DNA of 64,000 nucleotides from Vicugna vicugna (lineage: Eukaryota): contig MU057576.1 of NCBI GenBank assembly GCA_013265495.1, positions 344,982 to 408,981 on the forward strand, written 5' to 3'. Shown piece by piece: positions 52,701 through 64,000 of this stretch. Position 1 is the first letter of the stretch, and every line of letters begins with the position of its first letter. The position numbers and the translations under genes are program-made. The notes under the pieces were generated by a model. It ran no database searches, had not been told where the DNA came from, and worked only from the letters and a program-made list of their open reading frames with translations.

Positions 52701-55700
52701 AAACAAAGCTCGTCCTCTTCCAGTTTCCCCAAATGGCATCATCGTGTTATTCAGGTTCACAGCCTTGGAGTAAGTGAGTCTATTAACTACATAGGCTATG
52801 ACTACTGTACAGTCAAAGCGATATTTAATTAGGGTCTTAAAGGGGTAAGACCCCTCCATCACATTCTCTATCTCAATGTTAAGATTCTTCATTATACAAC
52901 CATTGCATCAGTCAGCACAGTCCTATCAACACCAGTTGTGGTGAAGTCAAGTCCCTCAAGTTGAAAGCCAGAGCTATGTAGGAAGGCAGGGTTGGAACCC
53001 ATCCTTTGAACATGGCCAAGAAGGGTGCAAGGCACATGAAAGACCGTTCCCAAGTGGTTAGGGGGTTAAAAAAAGAAAAAGATTGTCCCTCTTACATGAA
53101 ACAGATCAAATGTCACAAGAAATTGAAGCCAGCAAAGGTCTTCTTCTAGATTCCAGGGTAGTGGAGCAGAGCCAGACACATCTGGGTTTGAATCTTGGCT
53201 CTGCCTCTGCCAGCTATACATCTCAGACTTTTACCTAACTTTTCAGAACTTCTGTTTCATGGCCTGAAAAATGGAAATAAATACTATCATGGTGTATTAT
53301 CACTATCATAATAAATAAGTATCATGATGTGATTGATAAGAATTAAATTCAACTGTGAATGTAGAGTATTTACCACCAAGCCTGTGACAGAGTGGACACT
53401 CAATTGAATGGCAAGTCTTATTGTTGTTGGTGCTGTAGTTGTAAGTCTAACATTCTTCTGTTAACTGCTGGAGCTCCCTCTACAAAATGAGTTAAAAAAT
53501 TTCCCTCCAGGGTCTGATGCGCTGTCACTGAAGGGCAGTTCTCCACGTTGCTGGAGTTGGTAGGTCCTATATGCTTGAACTTCCTTTTGAAAGCACCGTT
53601 AGTTCTCTGAGCCATCAACTCTGAGCAAGTTGTTGCGTTTGGATCAGCTCGTCAAAGGTCTCAGATAATAGTTAGACATCGTCTCAAAAAAAAAAAGTTA
53701 TAGATGGTCTCAGAGTCATTAGTCTGGGACATGAGAGGTTCAGCTCTAAGGATGAGGTAAGGACCTGCTCAAGCAGATGGGGATTGCCAGGAGGCAGGAT
53801 GAGACAGATAAAAACAGAAGAGAGCCTTCAAGAAGTCCAGAGAGCAGTCTTGGGATTTTGAAGGGCTAACATAGTAGTTAGCTGTGTCCTATATTCTCCT
53901 ACAAACAAGCCTTGACCAAAGGTTGCGCCTTCATTTCATGAGCCTGCTAGCTAGGAGGGTTCAGAGAAAGAATTAAAAGTCATACGCGTGCGAGACATAG
54001 GCCCCTGGCTTCACTCTCGGTTGCTGATAGTTCTCAAGAATGGAGAGGGGTCCAAGTCACGCCAGTCCTGACAGGTATGTCTAGGACACTGTCTGTCTAG
54101 ACACTTATCTAACAGTCGTTAGGGTCCCACCTCAGAGAGCCAAAGAAGAAACAGAAGGCCCTCGGGAACTAACTTGGAGTAATCGCATTGTCTGTGAACC
54201 ATGGCTCCGTTATTCGTACCCATGGGCTCCCTGATTCCGTGCACACTGGGAAAAGGGCAAATGTGGCAATGGCGGTCCCACAGCTACTTTGTGAGCTTCG
54301 TGAGACTATGGGAAAACCAGACCCTCAACATTACCTGAACGGACATTGAGATTTTCACCACCACCCTGAACTAGGAAACCTCTCCAGGATGAGGGAGCTA
54401 CCCACATCCCAGTCAGGAGTCTATGAACGGCATTATGAAAATAACTCAACTTGAGCCCAGCTAACTCCAAGGACAGCCCAGAGGGACTGACTGAGGCGAT
54501 CAAGCCTGTACAATTATAGCATTCTAAAACAGAGCTATGAGGGTGATGTTTCACAAAGAGGAATTTGGAGGTACACACTGACTAGATCCATGTGGCAAGG
54601 ATCACTGCAGACTGTAGGTCAAGTCAAGACCCACCACTGAGGCTCAGGGCCAGGAAAGGGAGTTGCTGGAGCCCCTCCTATTCCTAGCACAAAGGGAGAA
54701 AAAGGTGTCTGGTGATACGAAAGACATGTGAGGCTTATGACTCATCCTAGGGCCTGGTCACAAATACACGCTGCTGTAGGAACCGTGACTGACTGCTGGA
54801 TAACTGCTGGGGAAAGCTGAGGGGTCACCAATTCCTGAGATGTCACCAATCCCAGGGACTTTTGAAGCCATGACTAACCTAGATGTGATTAGGGGTATCC
54901 ATGTCCCAAGCTTGCCTGGGTGGGGGGCTGGAGACGCCCAGGGCCTTAGCAGCAATGAACAGGACCAAGGAGAAAACATGGTTGACAGAGTGCCAACCGT
55001 GAAGGCAAGATCCAGAGTATGGAGCCAGCAGGTGCTATATTAGTGAGCAGTGACCTCAAAAGCCATGAGAGCAAAGGGTCACAGCCCACACAGGATGGGG
55101 CTGACAGTGGGGGTGAGAGGAGGTGGTGAAAGATAGTTACATGACATGGGAGGAAGAAACAGGTACGGACTATGCTGATTAAGAAATGGATGCAGGCTGC
55201 CTGGACAAAGCACGGAAAACCTGAGTTACACGCCCCTGAAGTTTCTCCCAGATTTACCCTCTCCTCAGCCCAGCTAGTGTCCCACTATGACTCCTTACAC
55301 TCTGTATACCTCATCTTCTAAGGACAGCCTCCCGCCCCGCCCTTTTCACACCCCCCTCAGTGGCAGACAAAGGCTCTACCCTGTGAGGAAATCCCTCACC
55401 CCCAGTGCTCATCACGCACAAGGGCTGCCTTAAGCATGATCCCCGTCACAGTCACTCACAGGAGACCCCTCCCAGCCTCCCACCCCTGTCACTCACAATA
55501 ACCCCGCACTTCGGATCAAAAGCGAAGGTGCCACAAGTGAGGAGGTGAGAAGCATTGGCAATGGCGAGAATCTGGACAAAATTGTGACATTCGTCCTGAG
55601 GGTCAGAGATGGTTAGAGAGAATCAGAAGCAGCAGGTACAAGGAGAGGTGATGTTAGGACAGCTGATATGCAGCTCGGGGCGTGGTGTTAGAGTCCCTGC

Positions 55701-58700
55701 CTGGGCCCACTGGGTGGGAGCACGGCAGGGGGACTGATGCAGAGCCAGGGCTGGGCCAAGGCCTCAGCTGACACTCAGGACAGGGCTGGGGTTTATACCT
55801 ACCTCCTTCTTGCCTTTCTTGCTACAGTTCTGTCGGTGGGCCTCAGGCACGATCCAGTCAATCTAAGGAACAAGGAGTAACCATTTCCCCCAGGATCTCC
55901 CCCAGTTCCTCCCAAGTCAGGGTCAGTGACACTGCTCTACAACCTCCATCAATCTGGGAACTTCAGAGATACATCCACCCCTTGACCCCAGAGCTTTGTT
56001 TTTCAAACTGGAGGTCTCTACCCACTGAGTCATAAAATCAATTGTGAAATGTCAACTAACATTACTTTTGATGAAACAGAATACATCAGAGTGTATCACA
56101 TACAGGAGAGTAAATATTGTTTTGAGAAACTTCTCTTTCAGTACACACTTTGTGTACTGGATCAAAATGTACCATATATTTCTTACTAACGGAGGGTCAG
56201 AAAAACTTGAAAACTGTTGCCCTAGAGTAAAATGATTCTCGTTCATCCTCTGCCCACAGCCACCTGAAACCTGGTCACTGTGGCCTCCTCCCCATTATCA
56301 TGACCCTCCCTCATAGCCTCCCCGGTCACCATGCCCCCCTCCATCACCCTCGGCTAAGATGATGAAGTTGAGGACCTACCCTTATTTTCACCAACACTCT
56401 GCCTCCTGTCACAACCCCCACCCCCGCCCAACACATCCCATAAAACCATGGATCTAATCACATGCTCTGTGATCTGAGGTCCTCCCCACTCTCATCTCTC
56501 ACCCTGCGGGGTCTCTCCCCTGAAAAGGGCAGAGATAAAGCGAAGATGGTGTCCCGGGCGCCGACGTAAAGGGTGTGGGAAGCAGGATCCACGAGCAGAA
56601 CAGAGTAATTGTATGTCTGGGGGATGGTGAACCGGGTGAGATAGGAGTCAGCCTCTGGCAGGAAGAGAGAGTCAAAGTGAGGAGTGATATCAGCCGTCAC
56701 TTCATAAGGGTGGAGTCTGCAAGGGTAAAGCCAAAGTGGTCCGTTTTTGTTTTCTTCCCAGTACTATTTATTTAGCAAACTTAAGGGCAAAAACAGAGCC
56801 TTGACAGGCCAGCCATTTAACCTCCCCAGAGATACATAACTGATGACATCAGAGGACTTAGCACACACAATACAGCTAAGTATGCTTTCTCTATAAAAAT
56901 AGAGCACTTTATTAAAATAGCGGCATAAATAGTAAGTCTGTAATTTCTATTCATAACAACATGATACATAATTTGAAAATACCTATAGAAGGTACAAATA
57001 CTTTCTAAATTTCCTTTTTTTCAAAAAAAAACACTACTCAGTAGTGACTTCTTTTTACTTAGAGGGGAAATGTTTCACTCTCTTCACCAACTCATTAGGA
57101 GACTATCTCCTCTCTCTGCCACCACCCTTTGTCTCAATCCCACCCTTGATCTCACCCCAATTCCACCCAAAGAGGTGGAGAGGTAGAGTGGGCATGAGTT
57201 CCGTGCTTTGGAATCAGGTCAGCCCAAGTTCAACTGTGGCTCTTTCACTTACCAGACGTATGATCTTGAGTAAGTTAACTTGCCCTTTCTGAGCATCACT
57301 TTCCTCATCAGTAAACACCACCATCCAGGGTTGTTGAGAATTAAGTGAGATAGCATATGTAGAAGCATCTGACACATACGACATATTTCACAAACGGTTC
57401 CTTTCTTCCTTCGTTAAGCATGTGCTCTGTTTGGGCCAAATCTAAACCCATCTCAGCATTCAAAACTCTTATCTATTTAAGTATTATACAAAAAGAAACA
57501 AGCTAGCATGGGGGGAGAGTATCGCTCAAGTGGTAGAGTGCATGCTTAGCATGCATGAGGTCCCCAGTACCTCCATTGAAAAAGTAAATAAATAAATAAA
57601 CCTAATTACTTTCCCTCCCTGTAAATAAATAAATAAGTAGGCAAGCAAGCTAGCATAAATTTAACTTCTTAGCTCAATCTCTGGCTCTGGAAACCTGAAT
57701 CAATACAGCTCTGCTCTACCTGCTTCACCTGCTCAGCTGCCCTCAAGACCAGTAGCATGGCCAGCAGCCGTGCACTTCCTAGATGTGGTGATGTATGGAG
57801 CCCCACCCACCCCATCCTCCCAGATCCACAATGTATGGATCTGTACTCTGTCCCATACTTATCCCACCCAGCTGCCCCACCTCGTCCTATAGACCTCTCC
57901 AGATTCCTGGATATCAACCCAGCCTGGCAACCTCAGCTCCATGTTGCGGCTACTGTTCCAGCACAAACGGAAACCCAGGCTCTGACCACAACTGTATCTT
58001 CTGGATTCATAGCACCCCTATATGTCACTGGCCTGAAGGGACAGAAGTAGTTTAGAAGGCTCTAAGTTACCCAGTTGTGAGTTTTTGCCAACAGGTTGTA
58101 CTCTCGGCTTCACTGGTTCCACCTGCCCACAGTGCTAACACTTAATGCCCACTGAGAAAAACACCACTTGTGCCCACCTCGGCAAAGAGCCTTTTAAGTG
58201 CGAATCACTCCAATAACCACTTTTTACATTGTGGCATCCCCCAGCTTTTTTCACATATTTTGAAGGGACATCTCCCTCTTCCTTTTTTTCCTTCTGAGGG
58301 CTTAAAAAATTGTTTAAACAGAATTTTAAGTCAATTCAATGAATGGTTTTCCAACACTCAGTTTGGGAATGGATAGAGGGAGCAGGGAACTGAGAAAATC
58401 AGGAGGGTTATGGTAGATCCAATCACGGGAGAACCGGAGTTGGTGTCAGAGATGAGAAGACTGGGGAGTGGGCTAAGGACATTAGGGCTGTGAGCAAGGC
58501 AGAAGGCTTGGAGGAGATTAGAACTAATGAATTTGAGAAGTGGGCAGATGGAAATTCTAGGCTGATAATAGTAAGGATGTGTGTTTGTAGCTGTATGAAA
58601 GACCTATAGGTTTGACAGCAGAGTGGATGTCAGTCTGGCTTGACGGACACAGGTGCATGTGAGGGATGAGGGGAATAAGGGAGAGGAAACTTCGAAATGG

Positions 58701-59203
58701 ACGACTTCCAGCAACCCCCGTCCTCTCCCTGGGCCTCAGTGTCCGCGTGTGCACGGGGAGGGGCTTAACTCTGCTGCGGTTCCGTGAATAATACGGGGCC
58801 GCGGGAGCCGCCTGGGCGTGTCGTGGGAACCGAGTCGCGAGGCCCGGGCCGGGTGGAGCAGCACCATGTGGGGGTCCCGCCCGCATCCGGGCCGGGCGTG
58901 GCCGCCGTGGGCGGCGCGGGACGCCGTGCGCCGAGCTGTGAGGATGCGACTGCCCGGACGGGGAGCGCAGGCAGGTCTGGGTACCTGCAAGCAGGGTCTG
59001 GGCGCGGGGCGCAGGGCTAAGGGCGAGGGCGCCCGCGCCTTACCAGAGATAGGAAGCGAGGTCCTGGGCACCGAGCGGGGCACGCGGCCAGACACCGAGC
59101 CGCTCAGCACCGCCAGCAGCAGCAGCAGCAGCAGCAGGAACGGGAAGGGCGTGACCGGGGCCGGCCCAGGGACCGGGCGTGGCCGCGCGGCAGAGACTGT
59201 CAT
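37176..59203 (-). CDS. SEMA4F: Semaphorin-4F, spliced CDS of 14 exons, 2328 nt / 775 aa (signal peptide, Sema, PSI, Ig-like, TM, cytoplasmic tail ending ETSI)
   Basis: Exons assembled by hand (160+152+60+99+94+120+152+179+148+223+110+161+59+611 = 2328 nt). All introns are GT-AG with consistent phases. The translation matches recalled mammalian SEMA4F from [10 protein letters not shown] to LATCDETSI*. Confidence 0.97.
38043..38101 (-). CDS. SEMA4F: SEMA4F exon 13
   Basis: [19 protein letters not shown]; acceptor CTTTATAG, donor GTGCGT. Confidence 0.94.
38678..38985 (+). mobile_element. Short L1 3'-end fragment in SEMA4F intron 12
   Basis: AAAACAGAAACAGACTCACAGACATAG...TACTTCAATAAAAA; GCTGGAT on both flanks. 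Confidence 0.85.
39397..39557 (-). CDS. SEMA4F: SEMA4F exon 12 (PSI domain)
   Basis: [53 protein letters not shown]; acceptor TTCCGTAG, donor GTGAGT. Confidence 0.96.
39672..39781 (-). CDS. SEMA4F: SEMA4F exon 11
   Basis: [36 protein letters not shown]; acceptor CTTCCTAG, donor GTGAGT. Confidence 0.95.
39919..40141 (-). CDS. SEMA4F: SEMA4F exon 10
   Basis: [37 protein letters not shown]...EYDVLYLGT; acceptor CCCCCTAG, donor GTATGT. Confidence 0.96.
40275..40422 (-). CDS. SEMA4F: SEMA4F exon 9
   Basis: [49 protein letters not shown]; acceptor TCTTCTAG, donor GTGAGG. Confidence 0.96.
40619..40797 (-). CDS. SEMA4F: SEMA4F exon 8
   Basis: [29 protein letters not shown]...[10 protein letters not shown]; acceptor TTACCCCAG, donor GTGAGG. 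Confidence 0.96.
41393..41544 (-). CDS. SEMA4F: SEMA4F exon 7
   Basis: [50 protein letters not shown]; donor GTGAGG. Confidence 0.95.
41646..41765 (-). CDS. SEMA4F: SEMA4F exon 6
   Basis: [39 protein letters not shown]; acceptor CTTGCAG, donor GTGGGG. Confidence 0.95.
42140..42325. mobile_element. MER5A-like hAT DNA transposon remnant
   Basis: AAATGCAGATTCCTGGGCCC...CACTTTGAGAAA motifs. Confidence 0.6.
44091..44625 (+). mobile_element. Solo ERV LTR, same family as the 23-kb copy, antisense in SEMA4F intron 5
   Basis: Ends ...CTGCAACA; flanked by GGGG/GGGG (4-bp TSD-like); octamers at 44295 and 44394; TATAAA at 44431; AATAAA at 44503. Confidence 0.88.
49520..49658 (-). mobile_element. tRNA-derived SINE (Vic-1-like) in SEMA4F intron 5
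   Basis: GGAAGTACTGGGGATTGAACCCAGGACC...ACACCCTCCCC. Confidence 0.85.
50165..50380. mobile_element. MER3/MER33-like hAT DNA transposon remnant
   Basis: ATATGGTAGCTACTAG...GCACTAGTCACAT...CTAGTGGCTACCGTATTAGACAG motifs. Confidence 0.6.
50705..50798 (-). CDS. SEMA4F: SEMA4F exon 5
   Basis: [31 protein letters not shown] (GRGKCPF motif); acceptor TCTGTAG, donor GTGAGT. Confidence 0.96.
55497..55595 (-). CDS. SEMA4F: SEMA4F exon 4
   Basis: [33 protein letters not shown] (Sema CGT.AF.P.C motif); acceptor CCCTCAG, donor GTGAGT. Confidence 0.96.
55803..55862 (-). CDS. SEMA4F: SEMA4F exon 3
   Basis: [20 protein letters not shown]; acceptor TTCCTTAG, donor GTAGGT. Confidence 0.95.
56503..56654 (-). 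CDS. SEMA4F: SEMA4F exon 2
   Basis: [50 protein letters not shown]; acceptor TTCCTGCCAG, donor GTGAGA. Confidence 0.96.
57510..57640 (+). mobile_element. tRNA-derived SINE (Vic-1-like) with its B box deleted
   Basis: TSD CAAGCTAGCAT; reads GAGGTCCCCAGTACC, lacking the TGGGTTCAATCC segment. Confidence 0.8.
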
Positions 59204-59480
59204 CTTTGCCACCGCCTGGCCGCCGGGGTGTGGCGAGCCCGGTAGACTCCGCTCAGAGCCGCGGCGCCGCCAGCCTCGGCCCCACTCGGCTCGCCTCGGT
59301 GCGGTTCGGCTTGCGGCTGCCGGACCGAACGCAACCCGTCACCGCCCCTTCAAGAAAGTACCAATGAGCTGGACGATTTTCTCCTCCAACCAATAGGGTT
59401 GTGTGGAGGCGGGACTAAAGAGAGAAGTCCAACCCAGATAGAGGCGGAGCTAGACCCAGGTGTAGGTGGGGGTTCTAGCT
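58730..59480 (-). promoter_or_regulatory. SEMA4F CpG-island promoter, TATA-less, with GC boxes and CCAAT boxes
   Basis: Dense CpG around exon 1; CCAAT at 59361 and 59390; GC-box-like motifs CCGCCC (~59342), GGAGGCGGGAC (~59405), GAGGCGGAG (~59441). Confidence 0.85.
59044..59203 (-). CDS. SEMA4F: SEMA4F exon 1 (coding part; signal peptide)
   Basis: ATG at 59203; [53 protein letters not shown]; donor G|GTAAGG. Confidence 0.95.
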
Positions 59481-60086
59481 CCTTAACTGGGCTGGCTATG
59501 TCGCTCCAGGACCCTGAGTGGCGGGTTTGCAAAGACTACTCCAAAACTCTAATTTCCGTATCTGTTCTAATAGGGAAAATATGTGAGTAAATGGGTACAC
59601 GCACCAAGTTTCTCAAAATTATTGCTTTTGCAAGCATTTAATGAGGGCTTTCTATGTGACAATCACAAAGCGAAACACACAAGAACAAAATACAATACAG
59701 TGATATAAAAAAAAAAACATGGTCCTTGGCTTTAGGGAGCTCATAGTGAAATAAGACAGATACATAAACAAATAACTGCAAACAGATAATTGCAATACAA
59801 AGTGATTCATATTTACTATAATAATGTGCAATTAATGCTCAGCAGGGATAGGTTTTGCCTGGAAAAATCAAGGTTTCACAGAAGTGACATCTGAATTAAG
59901 TGTTAAAGAATAAGTTGGACTTTGAGGGTGAAAGGTAAAAAACCGCCAATGAACATGTCCACTTGGATATACTGCAGACAAGACAAACACAGGGCCTGAG
60001 CATAATTTGCTATTTCTCCCTTCCCAACCTTTGCTCCTCCTTCAAGCCTTGGAGGTAATCTTTGCTTTCCCCTCTTTCATCCCCTG

Positions 60087-60980
60087 TTATATTAGTTATC
60101 TAGGCTGCATAACAAGTAACAAATTATTACAGCATAATGTAGTAGCTTAAAACACCAATAACATTTACTATTGTAACAGAGCAGGACCCTATGGGGCCTT
60201 CCCAGAACAGACCTCCCACCCCCGTCCTCTGCCAGCCTCTTGTTTGTAGAAAAACTTTAGCCTCCTAGGCCTTCCCTGAGTTCCAAAGAATACATTTAAT
60301 CAGAGAAGTGAGAAAATGCAGAAAGAAAGGAAAATAGTCAAGCAAGACAAAATAATAACAGTTTAGCCATTAAATGAAGGACGTTTAGTTCTTCCTCAAG
60401 GGCTACAGATAATATTCTGAGCCACATCTTTTGATCTGTTTTGCAAAGACTGAAACTCCCCCCAGGTGCAAGAAGGTAACTGTAGACCCCACATGAGTTG
60501 GAACCAGAATGTTGATAATGTTGACCCTCACGGTTTCCCTTTGTTAGCAATTCAGGAATAGCTTAACTGGGTAGTCTGGCTCCATCTCTCTTGAGATTAC
60601 AGTCAAGTTATTGCATGGGGCTACAACCATCTGAAAGCTTAACTGGGGCTGGAGGATCCACTTCAAGGATGCCTTACTTCCATGACTGGCAAACTGATGG
60701 TGTCTGTTGGCAGTCAGTTTCTGTTCCTCTTTACCGGGACCTCTCCATGGGGCTGCCTGAATATCCTCGCATCACGCAGTGGCTTCCTCAGAGCAAATGA
60801 TTCAAAGGAGCAAAATGAAAGTCACAATGCTTTTTATAATCTAGTCTGAGACATAACATGCAATCACTTCTGCCCTATTCTGTTGGTTACACAGGCCAAC
60901 CCTGATGCACTGTAGGAAGGCGCTACACAAGGGTGTAATACAGCGATCTGGGGGACGCATCTTGGAAGCTGCCTACCACA
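60087..60980. mobile_element. MLT1-type (ERVL-MaLR) LTR interrupted by a younger LTR fragment at ~60172-60525
   Basis: MLT-like motifs TAGTAGCTTAAAACA, GGGGCTGGAGGATCCACTTCAAGGATG and CTACCACA; the inserted piece starts TGTAACAGAGCAGGACCC. Confidence 0.65.
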
Positions 60981-61510
60981 TCCACATGTAAGCATTCACC
61001 ATGTCCTGGTAATCTGCCTCCTAAATGACTTAAATCCATCATTTTCTGTCCATTATCCTTTTAATGCAGGACTTTATCATCACTCACCTAGACTACCCAA
61101 TAGTTTCATTAAAAAAAAAAAAAAACTTTGCCTCCAATCTGTCCCATTCCAAATTTCCAGTAGGGTAACCTTTCTAAAGTGCAAGTTCTGGTTTATTCAT
61201 TCAACAGTTACTGAAGGCATACTACGTGCTAGGCATTTTGCTAAGAAGCAGAGATAAGATGATTAAAACGTGGTGTCTGAATTCAGATTGCTTAGTCTAG
61301 AAGGGGAAATATATATTTGAAAGTGGTACATCAAATCTACTCTCTGAAACTTTCTAACACAGTAGCCTCAACACAGAGTTCTTCTGGCACTGATGCATGC
61401 CTCTCCCTAGCTGCTCCTCAGCAATGCAGCCTAGGCTTTATTTGCTTCTCTGAGCATGGTTTTGCTATTGAATTTTTTGTCTTTTGATTTTTCTTTAAAA
61501 TTTCTTTTCA

Positions 61511-64000
61511 GGGAGGAGATCAAGATGGCATACCAAGAGGACATGGAGTTCACCTGCCCCCAACAAACACATTAAATAATATATCTACGTGTGGAGCAAT
61601 TCTCACTAAAAACAAACTGGAGACTGGCAGAAAAACTCTTATCAATCAAGGCTGTAAGAAAGATCCATAGATAGCTGGATAAGGAGGGAAGAGAAGCAAC
61701 CAGGTCAGGACCAGCACCCTAGGAGGGGACACAGAATAGAAGGGGGGTTACACAGGCTCAGGGAGCCTCCTTGGAAAGTTAGTGGTTTGAACCACATACT
61801 GGGTGCCCCAGCCCTGGGGTCCAACACCAGGAAGATGAGTCCCTTCAGCTGGTTTGAAAACCAGTGGGACAGACAGCCGGGCTGTAAGAAACCTAGATTC
61901 TTCTTGTGAAGAGCACACACATGCTTGCTTACTCCTGAAAGGGGGCGGAGCAAGCAGGGTAGAAAATGCCTGGGACTCTGGCTGTTTTCCCATGACTGCA
62001 CAGCATACACCCCAGCCTGAACCAAGCCCTCACTGGCCCCTTTTGCTCCTTCACAGGGCTCCACACTAGGGAGAAGGCTGCCATGGCTGAGGAGAACACA
62101 CAGTTTTAGGGGGCAGAGCCAGCTCTGATCCAGCACACCATCCAAATGAGACAAGGGCAGCCATTACTAGTGTTCATTATGGTAGCAGATTGGGAGCAGT
62201 CCGGAATTCTGACTGGTGCCAGGACTGCACCCAGGTCCACACCAAGCACCCCCTCCAGCCCCTCTTGCTCCAGCACTGCTCCACCCTGGGGCAAGGGTGC
62301 CAATGCTGGGAGGAGGGAAAGCACACACACAAAGAGGGTACAGAACCACCTCGGACCCAACCCTCGGGGTTTCTGCTCCAGCAATCTGGGACCCAACACT
62401 GCCCCCAGTAGGATGGTGTTGGCCACTGAGCAGAGTAGAAAGCCTGGCTCATACCTGGCTCTGGCTCTAGAAACTTCATCCCAGCTCCATCTCCTACCAA
62501 GATGATACCTGCCAGCGCACCCTTGGGGAAGATGTGACTCATAATCATTTCAAATCCACCTCTCCCAAAAGAGCTACTGGACACATGCAGACAGTATGGG
62601 GATGCTCCCACACAAGGACACTCCTTCAAGACCAGAATAGGAAAAAAACACACGCACCCTAATGTTCATAGCAGCACTATTTACAATAGCCAAGACAGAA
62701 ACAACCCAAATGTCTATCAACATATGACGGGATAAAGAAGATGTGTTATACACACACACACACACATACACACACACACACACACTGAAATTCTACTCAG
62801 CCATCAAAAAGGTCACAATAATGCCATTTGCAGCAACATGAATGGACCTGGAGATTGTCATTCTAAGTGAAGTAAACCAGAAAGAGAAAGAAAAATGCCA
62901 TACAATATCGCTTATATGTGGAATCTGAAAAACAAAAAGGACTACTTATTATTTATAACTCATGATTGACTTCTTGAATATGTGTAAGCACATTTGACTG
63001 TCCTTTATAATTGGGTAACTGTATTCTGTTGATTCTTATTTTGTGGTTGGCTTTATTCCTTTGATAACTATATAAGTTTAAAGAGCTAAAGCTCTAAACT
63101 GTTCTTAGAAAGAAAGAACAGTACATATACGTAAATTTTTTTAATGTGCAGTATATTGTATATATATATTTACATGCAATATATTGTATATGTACAGTCA
63201 AATTGTGTCAATTGTACCTAATAAAACTGAAAATGGGAAAAAAAAGACCAGAATAGGTAACTATTTTGCCTAATTCTATAGAGACAGAAAAAGTTAAGCA
63301 AAATGAGAAGACAGAGTAATTTGTTTCAAACAAAAGAACAAGAAAAAATTTTAAAAACAACTAATGAAAAAGAGGTAAAAAATTTACAAAATAAAGAGTT
63401 CAAAGCATTATTAATAAGAACGCTAACTGAACTAGGGAAAAGAATTGATGAACACAGAATTTTAACAAGGAACTAGAAAATACAAGAAAGAACCTGTCAG
63501 AACTGAAGAATACACTAAACTGAAATGAAAAACACACTAGAAGGAATTAATAGCAGACTAAGTGATACAGAAGAATGCAAAAGTAACCTGAAGATAGAAT
63601 AATGGAAATCACCCAATTGGAATAGCAAAAAGAAAAACAGATTAAACAATGAGAACAGTATAAGGAACCTCTGGGACAACACCAAGCATACCAACATTCA
63701 AATTATAAGGGTCTCAGAAGGAGAAAAAGAGAAGGAGATCAAAAATGTGTTTGATGAAATTACGGCTAAAAATTTCCCAAACCTGAAGAAGGAAACAGAT
63801 ATCCATGTATAGGAAGCACAGAGAGTCCCCCAAACACATGAACTCAAACAGACACACACTGAGACATATCATAATGAAAATGTGAAAAATTAAAGATAAA
63901 AAGAGAATTCTAAAGGCAGCAAGAGAAAAACAAAGGGTCACATACCAAGGAACCCCCATGAAGCTATCAGCTGATTTTTCTGCAGAAACGTTGCAGGCCA
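61511..64000 (+). mobile_element. 5' part of a LINE-1 (5' UTR and degraded ORF1 from ATG 63303), running off the window edge
   Basis: Starts GGGAGGAGATCAAGATGGC; ORF1-like MRRQSNLFQTKEQEK...KEFKALLIRTLTELGKRIDEH and LWDNTKHTNIQIIRVSEGE...AKNFPNLKKE, with frameshifts. Confidence 0.9.
62642..63243 (+). mobile_element. Younger L1-derived insertion nested in the L1 5' UTR
   Basis: Perfect 14-bp TSD AAGACCAGAATAGG at 62628-62641 and 63244-63257; L1 ORF2-end/3' sequence with an internal (CA)n; AATAAA and A tail. Confidence 0.9.

Noticed and set aside
59204..59212. SEMA4F start at 59212 as given by the ORF track
   Set aside because: That codon is GTG; the ATG at 59203 has a good Kozak context (AAGATGA) and matches the known N-terminus.
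58818..59396. 192-aa plus-strand ORF and other ORFs antisense to SEMA4F exons
   Set aside because: Expected stop-poor frames in GC-rich or coding DNA; no recognisable protein.

Overview
Mammalian genomic DNA, probably camelid (inferred from about ten copies of a tRNA-derived SINE of the Vic-1 type). The one intact protein-coding gene is SEMA4F on the minus strand: 14 coding exons from ATG 59203 to TAG 37176, all GT-AG and phase-consistent, 775 aa, with a CpG-island promoter near 58.7-59.5 kb. A near full-length, disabled PHF12 processed pseudogene lies on the plus strand (~22.6-27.5 kb). Its 5' UTR is interrupted by a solo LTR carrying a CCAAT array, octamers and a TATA box; a second copy of this LTR sits in SEMA4F intron 5. 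The rest is mostly L1, SINE, LTR, MIR/L2 and MER repeats, plus an orphan CpG island at 3.6-4.2 kb. Most notable: (i) remnants of a decayed, intron-containing HEAT-repeat-like gene on the minus strand at ~27.8-34.3 kb; (ii) an LTR promoter lacking its poly(A) signal 33 bp upstream of the PHF12 retrocopy ATG; (iii) a perfect 23-bp inverted repeat bracketing SEMA4F exon 5; (iv) a 5 x 130-bp tandem array inside an L1 3' end; (v) a TSD-flanked L1 insert with a foreign 3' tail. Gene and repeat names come from recalled sequences, not database searches; repeat boundaries are approximate.
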